DNA of 64,000 bases from contig NC_042999.1 of the NCBI RefSeq assembly GCF_006345805.1, forward strand, positions 20,584,001 to 20,648,000, read 5' to 3'. Source of the DNA: Octopus sinensis. Its lineage: Eukaryota. The position numbers and the translations under genes were made by a program. The notes below the pieces were generated by a model that had not been told where the DNA came from, ran no database searches, and was given only the letters and a program-made list of their open reading frames with translations. Below, one piece after another: positions 38,525-51,212 of this stretch (positions within the stretch are counted from its first letter, which is position 1; every line of letters begins with the position of its first letter).

Positions 38525-39757
38525 ATAATATATATATATATATGCTTGCTTGTATGTGTGTGTGTTTGTACAAATTATTGTTTCCGCCCGAACCCCCTTT
38601 ACAACTGGTGTAGGTTCCTTTGCATTCCAGTTTACTAGTGGTTCGACAAAAGACACCGATAGCTTAAGTGCCAGAAATAAGCGTAATAAATTTTTTAAAA
38701 TTTCTATCAATCTGTTCGGCTAAAAGCATTCAGGCTGTTGCTCCAGCATGACTATAGCCCTATGACTGAAACATATAAAAGACAAAAGGTAAAACCATCA
38801 AACCGGTTGTTGATATATCGTGAGGAGAAAATTTGCAGAGAAAACTTAACCGATTTCTAGAATAGAATTTTGTCCATCTGAGCAAATTAACATTGATAAT
38901 GACTACAATATCAAATTGCTAAATCGTAATAAACTTAAATCTGTTTCTTTTATTCAGCTTACATTTTTTTAGACCTGTCATCAAATATTTTCACTTGACA
39001 GTTTATTTGACAACATCTACGTTTATATTTCCCTTTAGACTGAGACATAGGCACAGTGGCTGTCAACGATATGGTGTTAGCGAAAGAGACGAGGTGAGGA
39101 TGGGAAAGTGTGGGCGATAGATGGATGGTAGTTGATAAGGAATGGATGCTAGTAGTTATAGAAATTTTCAGAATAACACTTATTAAAATACTGCTGTCCA
39201 TATTTTAGATATATTGTATTGAATTATGTGAAGCAATATTTTAACTCTTTAACTCTTGGAAATGGAACCGGCTCGGGGTTTCTCAGAATTCATTGCGAGA
39301 TACAAAACAGAACATAATTAAGTGTAATGCAGTTTAAATTGAATACGAACAGCTGGTGTGAAACTAAGAAAATGAATGACTCATTTAATGAGTTCCAGTT
39401 GCCAAAAAATACAACCAGTGTAGTCTCTCAATTATGGTTTCTTTTACGTCTTTATCTATATTGTCAGATGTTTTTCCATTTCATTTTCGATTTTTCTTTT
39501 ACATAAATCACTTGAACACACCAGACGTTCTTTGCAATAAATCATTCCAAAAATAGTATTTAAGAAGTGCCTGTTGTACATATCAGCACATAGCATCAAT
39601 TAAAAAGAATGCTAATGAAAGAAGAGAAAATTCTTCCTTTCATAGTTATCTTTCCTCTTTTGCGTATCATGAAGGGCTTAGGGTTTCCGGATTAGGTGGT
39701 AAACAGGGAGAAGGTATCCTCAAACAGTAGACTTCACCGAACGCTTGCTATAATAAA

Positions 39758-39985
39758 GGCGGCGCGCTGGCAGGACCGTTAGCACGCCGGGCGAAATGCT
39801 TAGCAATATTTCGTCTGCCGCTACGTTCTGAATTCAAATTCTGCCGAGGTCGACTTTGCCTTTCATCCTTTCAGGGTCGATAAATTAAGTACCAGTTACG
39901 CACTGGGGTCGATGTAATCGACTTAATCCGTTTGACTGTCCTTGTTTGTCCTCTCTGCGTTTAGCCCCTTGTGGGCAGTAAAAAA
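39758..39985 (+). mobile_element. SINE family B monomer
   Basis: Head plus one core unit. Confidence 0.9.
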
Positions 39986-40349
39986 TATATAATAAAGCTG
40001 TCTCCGCTAAAAGTGCCAACAATATCTGCTGGTGTTGTTAATTCGGGCGATGGTAGCATTTAAACTCACGACTAAAAGAGTTGGAAAGAATAACACTGAT
40101 TGCCTTGGTTATACATTCTTACAATTCCTCGAATATAACGATCTAGCGTTTTTATCGACTTCAAAAAGATAAAAGGTAAAGCAGACCTCGCCGGTTTGGA
40201 ACCCAGAGCTCAGAGCGTCGGAACAAATTCAGCAATGTTTCTCTAGGATGCTTATATTAGGTCACTGTTATATTTAACTGAGCACTGGCAGTTTTTGAAA
40301 TATTCTTTTACTCTTTTACTTCCGTAACATCAAAAGTGAAAGTGGATAG

Positions 40350-40771
40350 TTTACTCTTTTACTCTCTTTTACTCGTTTACTTGTTTCAGTCATTTGAATG
40401 TGGCCATGCTGGAGCACCGCCTTTAGTCGAGCAAATCGACCCCAGGACTTATTCTTTGTAAGCCTAGTACTTATTCTATCGGTCTCTTTTACCGAACCGC
40501 TAAGCAACGGGGACGTAAACACACCAGCATCGGTTGTCAAGCGATGTTGGGGGGACAAACACACACACTCAAACATATGCACACATATACATAGATATAC
40601 ATATATACGACGGTTTCTTTCAGTTTCCGTCTACCAAATCCTCTCACAAGTCTTTAGTCGGCCCGAGGCTATAGTAGAAGACACTTGCCCAAGGTGCCAC
40701 GCAGTGGGACTGAACTCGGAACCATGTGGCTCTTAAGCAAGATACTTACCACACAGCCATTCCTACGCCTA
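40350..40771 (-). mobile_element. SINE family A, full length
   Basis: Reverse complement of the 61494 copy. Confidence 0.9.
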
Positions 40772-41614
40772 TATATCAATGTTTATTTTAAAGTCGCTGG
40801 TTTTAGAAATTAGGCCGGAGTGTTTATAGACTCCATGTTATTGTGAACAACAGATGGATGTTATGTATTATATGTAGCCTTCATTATGCTTATTAAAGTA
40901 GCGGTGTGTTCTTGCAGTGATATTCTCCATGTTTATTGTTACTAAAAATTAAATGCAAGAAGTAGTTTACATGTTGTTGCTAACTACAGCAGGGTACACA
41001 AATTGGTGTCTCTACCAAATTCCACAAGAGTTTTACATGCATTTCATGTTCTAACAAATAGGTTACATACAGCTATTGCAAGTTGTGAAGAGACAGCACG
41101 TCTAGTTTATTCAAAAACCGCATTTACGACATATTTGAGACCTTGCGTAAAAAAGCTACAAAAGTGCATAACAAGCATTAATATTTGCTAGAACTGCAAG
41201 TAAATAATAATGCTTACCCGAACAGCGATGTTTTATGCATAGACAAACCCTACCAATATCCACATCAGATTTATTTAACTTTCCATAAAATTTTAATGTA
41301 ATTTATTTATTGCCAACACAAACCGTCTCAACTTTCAGTAGATTAAAAACTTTGAAAATATCAATATAAGAAGCAAGAAAAGCTTAATATTAATTTAAAA
41401 TATATTATCAGCTTAATAGTGATTATGTATATTTAATGCTGCATTATAAAAGAATAACGTTATATTACTTATTATTATCTTAACAATAATAATATAAAAT
41501 ATAATCTCCACAGACACCAGGCATGAAAATCTATGGTAAAGTTGGAAATGAGAGACGTAGTATTTGATAAAAGGAGTAATTCCTTAAGATATATATACAT
41601 TCATACATACATAT

Positions 41615-41669
<55 letters not shown>

Positions 41670-41734
41670 CATAACTGTATAGAAGTAATGCTTATCGCTA
41701 CCTAAATACACACATATGTATACATATATATGTA

Positions 41735-41789
<55 letters not shown>

Positions 41790-42832
41790 CATACACACAT
41801 ATGAGAGGTATGACCACAATGTTGACAACCCTTATGCTAGAAGTAGATCCACTATGGTCTTACCACTAAGAATTGTTCCCAAGAAAAAATCTAGCAAACG
41901 CCAGAACATAAACGAGGAAGACAAATGAAAAGTAACAGAAATAGAGATTATTCACATACATGTTTCACTATTAACAGATTACCTAATTTTACTTACGCAA
42001 TTTGTCCGTAGATCTTCAGTGTGACCGTCTATACAAATATAATTTGCAGAAATATACACGAGGGTGTCCGAACGTTGTGGTACTTGTATATAGTTCTTCT
42101 TTTTATCTTTGCTGTTATTCTTCGAAAGTCCTCGTCTTGGCGCGCTAAATTACTGGAAAACAATACTGCAGAAAATGAGTTACTGCAGTGGCTTTCGCCG
42201 GTTAGAGAACGTATTAATTTAAATTAAAATTTCAAATGAGGGTGAGGAATTTGATATTAATTTAATTAACATCAATTTAACACCAGTTAAAATCTGAAGG
42301 TTCTAATAGCTTCTCAACTTAACTGATTGGAAGTGCTATAAAGTACAGATGGGCTACAACAAAATATTCACCTCAGTACTACATACTTGCTTGTCAGTTG
42401 TTTAACCTTAACCAGTCGAGCATGTCCCTTAGTGGCTGACGATATGTGCATCTCTGATCACAAGCAGGAGAAGTGGGGGATCATCGTAAGCATATGTTGA
42501 GAGGAATTCTTTGAGATTTGAATAGTTTACCTCTGGAAACATGGGTGTTTCATTCAACCTTAACCAACCCTTATTCAGGAACCTTTTGAGCGGCATGGGT
42601 TACTCAACCTGAAGAAAATTGTGACTAGGCCCCACCAGCACGGTCATGTACTGTTTATCTTGATATGAGATCACCATGTCACGCAAATATGGTTGTGAGG
42701 AATGTGCGTAGTGTATTCTTATCTGACGGGTATACTGGACTTCGTATATTTTACTTCAGTATCACTTTCACGGAATGCAGTGCTCTCTCACTCAATAATA
42801 ATAATAATAATAATAACAATAACAATAATAAC

Positions 42833-42867
<35 letters not shown>

Positions 42868-42871
42868 TAAC

Positions 42872-42948
<77 letters not shown>

Positions 42949-42952
42949 CCAC

Positions 42953-43808
42953 AAAAACTTTAATACCCACAACTGCCTCTGTAAGCACCCTTTTTTCTTT
43001 CTTTCTTTTTTTTTCTTCTCTCTAAAAACATCACGCTTTTCTCTTTTTTTCTTTTTGTAGACTTGCAAAACCCTAAAACTTTCTATGAATATCTGACTTT
43101 TCTTTGCTTCCTCCCAGAATATTCAAATATAAATGTAAACATATACTTTTTATTGCAAAAACACACCTGTTCTTCTAACTGGACATACAAACATCTCTAG
43201 AGGGGTCAACTTCAACCTCCACAATATTACCTTGCACGAAATATACAAACACTTTTTATTGCAATAACACAAACGCACATGGAAAAAATAATGATGCTAA
43301 GATTCTCTCTGGTCGAACACAGCTTCTCTATTCACAAATAATACAGAACAGCCCTTCAAAATAAGTTAAGAAAATTTACAAATTTACATATCTACAGTTT
43401 TCAATCATACATTCGACCAGCTTTAAAAACTTTGATACCCACAATTGCCTCTGTAAACATCCTTTTTTTTTTTTTCTCTCTCTAAAAACATCACGCTTTT
43501 CTTTTTGTGGACTTTCAAAACCGTAAAACTTCTATGAAAATCTGACTTTTCTTTGCTTCCTCCCTGAATATTCAAATATAAATGTAAACATATACTTTTT
43601 ATTGCAAAAACACACCTGTTCTTCTAACTGGACATACAAACATCTCTAGAAAAGTCAACTTCAACCTCCACAATATTACCTTACACGAAATGTACAAACA
43701 CTTTTTATTGCAATAACACAAACGCACATGGAAAAAAAATGATGATGCTAAGATTCTCTCTGGTCGAACACAAATTCTCTATTCACAAACAATACAGGAC
43801 ACCCCTTC
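42953..43808. repeat. Tandem duplication, period ~472 bp, directly after (AAT)n 42795-42946
   Basis: 42953-43357 is collinear with 43425-43808. Confidence 0.9.
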
Positions 43809-44353
43809 CTTAATTTTTCTTAAGGCTAATAGTAGTAAACATCTGAACTTTTTTTGACCCCACCCCAAAAAAAAAAAAAAAAAAGATAGTAATAGTGCTG
43901 ATATTCTATCTATCTATCTACACACACACACACACACACAAACCTCACCTCGGCCCTATTGTTAACCAAATATGAAAGTATTATTTGACAGGCAAGAACT
44001 CTGGCATTGAAGAGAGTCAGCCAGCCAACCACCAAGCCAGCCAACGAGACAGACAGACACTACTGTGATGGTGATAATGATAAAAAACAAAAATAACAAT
44101 AATAAGATACTGCTGTGACTACACATAAGACAATATCATTGATGATGATGGTGGTGATGGTGATGGTGATGATGATGATGATGATGGTAATGGTGGTGAT
44201 AATGATGATAGTGATGGTAATGGTGAAGATAATAACAATAATAAGCCGACTACGGCTGCTATAATGGTACGATTATAATTGTAACGGCAATGATGGCCGT
44301 CTCCCCACGAGCCAATCAAAGCTAAAAAATGATAACATTATCGTAGCACCAAA

Positions 44354-44713
44354 ATGTTTTTGGAAACTAAAAGGAAAACTAAATCAGTATACCAAATCGC
44401 TTGTCCTATGGTTAATCTGGAAGCGCGTCCCCCAGGGAAGAGCCAGCCTGGGATCGAAAAGTCATCAACTGGCACAAACTCTTCTCCGAATACGGACATG
44501 GATGGTCACTTGAACGGGAAATCCCCCAACTCGAGCCCTCCAAGTTCACCACTACAACACACCACAGAAGAAAAATGTAAGCGGAACAAATGGACCCGAG
44601 AAGAGTATAAAGAAGTAATATACGCTTATTACTATGCATTAGGTAGGCCATCTCAAGAGAGACACCACCGCAAACTCTTACAGTATATGGAGAACACGGA
44701 ATCAAGACAGTAG
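44354..44713 (+). pseudogene. N-terminal segment of the R4/Dong ORF (frameshifted near 44690)
   Basis: RNKWTREEYKEVIYAYYYAL motif typical of the R4/Dong N-terminus. Confidence 0.7.
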
Positions 44714-45400
44714 GCCCTATTTGGACGAGAACAAATTAGCAAATGTGAGGAGGGATATCTTTAGAAATACAGACTCACAGACAGTGAAATAAGTGCGATC
44801 AAGCACGCAACGGAAAATGACATAAATATAAGACACAAAGGAAATGAAGAATCAGATGAACAGTATAGCCCGCCACGAGGCTTAATTGAAAGACTGCCAT
44901 CTGACCAAAGTACGCAAAGGCCTGAAGATACAAGAAATTCTATTGTACCTGTTAAAGATAGCCAGGAAAACGAAAAAACAATAGTAACTGAAGATCTCGC
45001 ATGTGCTGAAGAACACAGAGAGTCTATGGCAGAAATGAGACAGAAAATCCTGAATACGCTTGAAGTTGTAAGACATACAAGTATGAATGATAGAGAACCG
45101 CTTCATAAACTCTCAAATACAAACCAAAATAAAAAACAAATCCAAATTGGCAACTATGTAACAAATGAAATATACGAGAATTAAAACCTGATTTTACTGA
45201 GTTAAATGAAATTATTTACGCTTCTGCTAGGGCAATTGAAACCAGCTGTATTCCCCCGAAAAAACAAAGAAAACAAAACCTGGGAAGAAATCAAACCTGG
45301 AGAAGTAAAATTGAAAAAGAGATTGAATTTATGAGAGGGGAAATATCAATATTAAATGAACTAATATGGAAATGATGTAAGATCCAGAACAGGAATAAAG

Positions 45401-46225
45401 ATGAAGAGAAAATTTGGATCCTCACCAAGAGAAGAACTGATATCAATAAAAGAAACGCTGAAACAAAAAGTCCAAGCAAAAGCCCAAAGAATACGAAGAT
45501 TTGAGAAGAGAAACAAGTTTTACAAGCAAAATAAGCTGTTCACATCCAATGCCAAAAAATTCTACAGAGAAATAGGGAAGGAGAAAGTAACCGTTAAAGA
45601 CCCCCCTCCCATGGAAGAAGTTCAAAACTTTTGGGAAAGGATTTGGAGTGACAAGAAGACGTACAACATAAATGCAGACTGGATTATACAAACTGAAGGA
45701 TCCTACCAAAATTTACAACAACAAGCATGGGAAGACATCACAATAGCAGACCTAAGAAAGGCACTCACGAAGGCCCATAATTGGAAATCCCCCGGTAAAG
45801 ATAGGGTGCCGAATTTCTGGCTCGCATCGCTCCCGTGCGCACACGGTAAGCTAGTTCAGCTGCTCAATGGAATTTTGAGAGACCCAAAGAAAACACCTGA
45901 ATGGTTAGCAAGTGGCATTACTTACCTACTCCCAAAGAATAACGAAACCAACCTTCCAAAAAACTATCGGCCTATAACCTGTCTATCCACCACGTATAAA
46001 ATCCTAACATCTATCCTGGCGGAGAAAACATATGCATTCATGGAGAAGAACGATATTTTCCCCATTGAACAAAAAGGGTGCCGCCGAGGCTCTTACGGAT
46101 GCAAAGATCAACTGCTAATCAATCGTATGATCCTTGAGAACTGTCACAACAAGCGCAGAAATCTCAGCACCGCATGGATTGACTATAAAAAGGCCTTCGA
46201 CAGTAACCGCATCCATGGATCTTGA
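45401..46225 (+). CDS. Reverse transcriptase, N-terminal part (frameshifted segment)
   Basis: NWKSPGKD, NYRPITCLSTTYKIL, EQKGC, WIDYKKAFDS. Confidence 0.9.
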   Translation: MKRKFGSSPREELISIKETLKQKVQAKAQRIRRFEKRNKFYKQNKLFTSNAKKFYREIGKEKVTVKDPPPMEEVQNFWERIWSDKKTYNINADWIIQTEGSYQNLQQQAWEDITIADLRKALTKAHNWKSPGKDRVPNFWLASLPCAHGKLVQLLNGILRDPKKTPEWLASGITYLLPKNNETNLPKNYRPITCLSTTYKILTSILAEKTYAFMEKNDIFPIEQKGCRRGSYGCKDQLLINRMILENCHNKRRNLSTAWIDYKKAFDSNRIHGS

Positions 46226-47307
46226 GATCGCTGGACATCTTTAAAATTTCCCCTGTGATTTCAAACTTCCTGAAGCACAATATGTCGTTGTGGAATACGA
46301 ATCTCCAATTATACCACTCTAATGGAGTACTTGCCTCAGAAAATATAAACATCAACTGTGGAATTTTTCAAGGTGACTCACTTTCACCTTTAATATTCTG
46401 CATAGCCCTAATACCCCTTACAAGTGAATTAAACAGAACAGGGTATGGGTATAAAATTGCCAATAAAAAAATAAGCCATCTATTTTATATGGATGACTTA
46501 AAACTTTATCGTAAAGACAATAATGAACTTGAAGGCCTATTGCGCACCGTGAAAGCATTCAGCGATGACATCGGGATGGAGTTTGGACTTGAGAAGTGTG
46601 CCAAAGCCACTTTCCAGAAAGGGAAAGTGAAGACCACAAATTCAGTCGTGTTAGATGTTGACACAGTCATAAGAGAGCTTGAGCAAGAACAGACATACAA
46701 ATATTTAGGGATAAATGAAGGCTCTGGTATTCAGCATGCAAGCATGAAAGAGAAAATCAGGAAGGAATGTTATAGGAGAGTTCGTGCAGTCCTGAAATCT
46801 GAACTAAATGCACGTAACAAGGTGTTAGCTATAAATTCCTTAGCAGTTCCAGTTGTTACTTATAGCTACAATGTGTGGAACTGGAATATGAGTGAAGTAA
46901 AGAATATAGATAGAAAAATACGCAAGCTGCTGAGTTGTAATAGGATGCACCACCCAAAGGCAGACGTAGATCGCCTTTACCTTCCCAGAGCCCAAGGAGG
47001 TCGAGACCTGATCCAATTTGAACTAGCTTACAAAACAACCACAATTGGACTGGCCAAATATTTCGAAATATCGAATGACTGGATGCTAAAGCTCGTGGAA
47101 AATCACGAGAGACGAAAGAAGCTTCATTCTATCATCAAGGAAAGCAAAAAATTTGCTATTGATCTCGTGCAGGATACCCAAACTGAACAACCCGAGGGAA
47201 GTACGGCAACTATTGTTGCAAAGAAGGTGAAAATGATGGCAATGAAAAAAGCGCACGAGCAATTGGCTGATAGGTGGGAGGAGAACCTCTGCACGGCAAA
47301 TATGTGA
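46222..47307 (+). CDS. Reverse transcriptase catalytic core and thumb (frameshifted segment)
   Basis: GIFQGDSLSPLIF, LFYMDDLKL, YKYLG, RLYLPRAQGGR. Confidence 0.92.
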   Translation: MRSLDIFKISPVISNFLKHNMSLWNTNLQLYHSNGVLASENININCGIFQGDSLSPLIFCIALIPLTSELNRTGYGYKIANKKISHLFYMDDLKLYRKDNNELEGLLRTVKAFSDDIGMEFGLEKCAKATFQKGKVKTTNSVVLDVDTVIRELEQEQTYKYLGINEGSGIQHASMKEKIRKECYRRVRAVLKSELNARNKVLAINSLAVPVVTYSYNVWNWNMSEVKNIDRKIRKLLSCNRMHHPKADVDRLYLPRAQGGRDLIQFELAYKTTTIGLAKYFEISNDWMLKLVENHERRKKLHSIIKESKKFAIDLVQDTQTEQPEGSTATIVAKKVKMMAMKKAHEQLADRWEENLCTANM

Positions 47308-47350
47308 CCCGCAGCAAACAAGCTGATGTTGACCAGAAGCAAACCCATCA

Positions 47351-48037
47351 GTGGCTGCGGAGCTCGGGGCTAAAAGCAGAGAGCGAAGGTTTCATCCTGG
47401 CTGCTCAAGACCAAAGCCTATTACCCGGAACTACCAGGCCAATGTGATGAAAAATGGAGCAGACCCAAAATGCCGATTCTGCAACGACATGATTGAAACA
47501 GTGGACCACCTAATCTCTGGATGTAAAGTTTTAGCACCAGTGGAGTATAAATTAAGACATGACAGAGTTGGCCAATATCTCCAATGGCTAATAAGTCGGC
47601 ATTACAATATCAAAACTGCCGACAAGTGGTATAATCACCACCCTGAGGCTGTAACTGAAGGAGAAAATGTAACCATTCTGTGGGACTTTCCAGTACATAC
47701 AGACCGAACCATCAAGGCCAATAAACCAGATATTGTTGTGAAAAACCAAAACAATAAAGTTTGCTTATTGATCGACATGAGCATCCCCTGTGATCATAAT
47801 ATCTCAGCGAAAGAGTTTGACAAGCTCAGAAAATATAAAGACCTACTCATTGAAATTGAGAAAATGTGGCATCTGAAGGCGGTTACAATACCAGTGATCG
47901 TAGGAGCACTAGGAATGATCAAGAAGGGAACCGAAAATTATATGAGAATGATCCCTGGCTTACCATCCCTGCAAGAAGTGCAAAAGATTGTCTTAACTGG
48001 TACATCACACGTATTGAGAAGAGCATTGTCGATGTGA
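47351..48037 (+). CDS. CCHC zinc knuckle + restriction-like endonuclease (frameshifted segment; correct frame from ~47420)
   Basis: CRFCNDMIETVDHLISGC, RHD, KPDIVV...LIDM, KYKDL, PVIVGALG. Confidence 0.9.
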   Translation: MAAELGAKSRERRFHPGCSRPKPITRNYQANVMKNGADPKCRFCNDMIETVDHLISGCKVLAPVEYKLRHDRVGQYLQWLISRHYNIKTADKWYNHHPEAVTEGENVTILWDFPVHTDRTIKANKPDIVVKNQNNKVCLLIDMSIPCDHNISAKEFDKLRKYKDLLIEIEKMWHLKAVTIPVIVGALGMIKKGTENYMRMIPGLPSLQEVQKIVLTGTSHVLRRALSM

Positions 48038-48218
48038 GAACTGTTGCTGCTCATGTATTTTAATTTAACTTTAAAAAAAAAAAAAATAATAATAAAATGA
48101 ACGAACTACTGAGTTTGGTTTAATGGCCTACCAATATACACTATGAGTTTCTTTGCCCTAGGAGTCGGGAAGACACTCGGCAAGAAATGGAAGAAAATTT
48201 GAAAGAAGAAAAAAAAAA

Positions 48219-48273
<55 letters not shown>

Positions 48274-48406
48274 TAATAATATATGATATTAATAATAATA
48301 ATAACTAGCTGGACCCGTGAAAAATTCACAGAAAGCACAAAAAATGTAAGCATCTGTAAATTGTGTAATGGAACCATGAGAAATTTCACTCTATAGTGAC
48401 AGTTAA

Positions 48407-48620
48407 AGACGGCGAGCTGGCAGAATCGTTAGCATGCCGTCAAAATGCTTAGTGTTATTTCGTCTGCCTTTACGTTCTGAGTTCAAATTCTGCCGAGGTC
48501 GATTTTCCCTTTCATCCTTTCGGGGTCTATAACTTAAGTACCAGTTGCGTACTGGGGTCGGTCTAATTGACTGGCCCTCTCCCCGCAAAATTTCAGGATT
48601 TTTGCCCATCGTAGAAAAGT
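48407..48620 (+). mobile_element. SINE family B
   Basis: Head, core and tail. Confidence 0.85.
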
Positions 48621-48764
48621 TACAGAATATAGTAAAATGGGTAAAACCGATACTATGTAAACCAACGAAAATATCTGTTAAGCACACGTAAGCAGAATTA
48701 CTATTTAGCCTTAAAATACATCGTATATATTTTTGGTTTAGTGGTAGGGAACGTTTTTCTCGTA

Positions 48765-48970
48765 TTCCTTTATTCTTTTACTTGTTTCAGGCGTTTGACG
48801 GTTGATGGAGCACCAACCCATTGGTCGAAGAAACGGACCCCTGGACATATTCCCTGTAAGCATGGTACTTATTCTACCAGGTAAGTTACAGGGACGCAAA
48901 CACACCGACATCGGTTGGGAGGCAATGGTGATGGTGGGACAAACACAGACGCAAACACACATACACACAC
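48765..48970 (-). mobile_element. Diverged SINE A 3' half
   Basis: TTTTACTTGTTTCAG...AAACACACCGACATCGGTTG...ACAAACACAGAC. Confidence 0.6.
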
Positions 48971-49165
48971 AGATATAGGCATACACACACGCGAGCTCGC
49001 GCATAAAAAATAACTGGAAAAATCCTGACGAAAACAGTAAAATTTTAACTTGACAGAAAACATAGAAAGAGAAAGCTATGTTTAGTTCCACAACGTCACA
49101 CTTATTATCACGCGCGCACATACACACGCGCACAAACATTCATATATATATATATGTATGTATAT

Positions 49166-49224
<59 letters not shown>

Positions 49225-50512
49225 GTATGTATAAAACAAAGTAAAGTTGTAAGGTACCGCACGGGTGGAAATATATATGAAAGAAGCTTTCATATATATA
49301 GATGTTCAATCACATTTTAGAAAAAGATTGTCAAAAGTAAAATGTAAAGCTTTGTATAAGCTTTGTTGTGTTAAGTACTGGTTATCAGAAAATTATTAAA
49401 ATACAGTTATACATTCTTTGATAATAATAAGAAAATGTTAAAAACAGTTTACAAGAAAGTACTTAAGAATGTATTCAGAACGGGACTCCAAAATTAATAT
49501 GAGTTCAATAAAAATCATGTTTGTCTGGTAGTATATACACAGCAGATATATATATGAATTTACAAAAGATTGTAGAGGAATAACTGACCTGTTTTTCTCA
49601 CATTTTGTCTTGTCTGTAGCTAAGGAATATCTGTAAGTGTGTGCCTTTTAGTTTTTATTTACTCATACACATCAACAAATGAGTCAATTGAACAACCCTG
49701 TGTGGTTGTTCAATTTGCTAGAAATAACAGCCAAATCTGTCTCATACTATGCTCTTGTTAGTATTAAGGAAAGGGATGAAATAGAATTAATATTTTTGAA
49801 TCGGATCTTTGAATTTAATTTTTTTAAATGATTTCGACCATTACGTGATACAAGAAAGAAGAAATTGGAAAAATCCTTATCAAAACAGAGAAATTATAAC
49901 TAGATAAAAATAGAGAAAGATAAAGAAAAGGTTGTATTCGAAAACCAAAAGATATTTTTTAGCTGAGGCGTAATTTTATAATCAAAAAAATTCAAAATCT
50001 AAATTACCGAACACAAGACTTAACATGTTATCTGGTGTGTGGCCGAATTCAAATCGATAGAATACCTAACACAAATGTGTGTGAGTTTGTGTGTGGTTGG
50101 GCCTTTAATAGCCAAGGATCAATTTCAGTTCAATCGTAGAAAGGAGTTCATATACTTATCAGCCACTCCGTCTCACTCCCTCTCTTTCTCTCACTTTCAC
50201 TCTCCCTTGTTCGACATACGAGTCAAATTTCAGTATTTCAATTTTCTCATTACGATCGTTGCTGGTTCGGTGGTCCTGTTGTCATTGGGTTCATTACCAA
50301 CCAATCTGAAAAAAAAAACATTTGAAAACTCTAGAAATACCTTACAGTCTATGTGTATTGCGAAAGTCGGCACTATTTGGAACTGCACGCATATTGCGTA
50401 AAGTAGTGTCTGTTTGAGGTCCTTGTTGTGACTTGACAAACAGCACAATCCCCTGGTAGACACAATATTTTCAATCAACAATATTGTATAATGTGCGACA
50501 TGTATAATAACA

Positions 50513-50583
<71 letters not shown>

Positions 50584-50744
50584 TGTTTCTTTTAGGCATT
50601 CACTAGTACAACACTAAGTACAAACCCAAATATATGGCACCCTAGGCATAACACCAACATGAACTTCCAACTTGTTGTCTCTTGAGGTCTCTGGGTGAGA
50701 CTTGGAGCGAGCTTGTGCAAATGTAAAGCAAAAAGTCAAACACA

Positions 50745-50797
<53 letters not shown>

Positions 50798-50822
50798 TAA
50801 TAATAATAATAATAATATAATA

Positions 50823-50862
<40 letters not shown>

Positions 50863-51024
50863 TGTTTCTTTTAGGCATTCACTAGTACAACACTAAGTAC
50901 AAACCCAAATATATGGCACCCTAGGCATAACACCAACATGAACTTCCAACTTGTTGTCTCTTGAGGTCTCTGGGTGAGACTTGGAGCGAGCTTGTGCAAA
51001 TGTAAAGCAAAAAGTCAAACACAG
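50584..51024 (+). mobile_element. Two identical ~162-bp 3'-end fragments of a TAA-tailed retroelement within (AAT)n
   Basis: 50584-50745 = 50863-51024; each is followed by (AAT)n; related copy at 2566 on the minus strand. Confidence 0.75.
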
Positions 51025-51046
51025 AATAATAATAATAATAATAATG

Positions 51047-51106
<60 letters not shown>

Positions 51107-51175
51107 TTAATAATAATAACAATAATCATAATAATACTGTAGCTGCTGCTACTGCCCTTCCTACTCCTCCTCTTC

Positions 51176-51212
<37 letters not shown>

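Larger units (their letters stand above)
37075..38790 (+). mobile_element. Diverged SINE A split by nested insertions (head ~37075-37238, tail ~38545-38790)
   Basis: The two halves flank a SINE C copy and the HHR element. Confidence 0.65.
44240..48303 (+). mobile_element. Near full-length R4/Dong-clade non-LTR retrotransposon (RT + C-terminal RLE), (TAA)n tail
   Basis: N-terminal KWTREEYKEVIYAYY; RT motifs NYRPITCL, WIDYKKAFDS, QGDSLSPLIF, YMDD; CCHC CRFC..HLISGC, RHD, PD..D, KYKDL; 3' tail of TAA repeats; 5' boundary approximate. Confidence 0.93.

Noticed and set aside
39039-39093. Possible 55-nt plus-strand exon (CCCTTTAG|...GAG|GTGAGG)
   Set aside because: No recognisable peptide or partner exons; expected by chance
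42320-42730. GC-richer block resembling an interspersed repeat
   Set aside because: Single copy in the window, with no termini, TSD or ORF to support a call
44244-44325. Possible HDV-like ribozyme at the 5' end of the R4/Dong element (CGT-CTCCCC-ACG-AGCC)
   Set aside because: Only a 4-bp P1 and no P1.1/P4/J4-2 could be built by eye; needs a descriptor search
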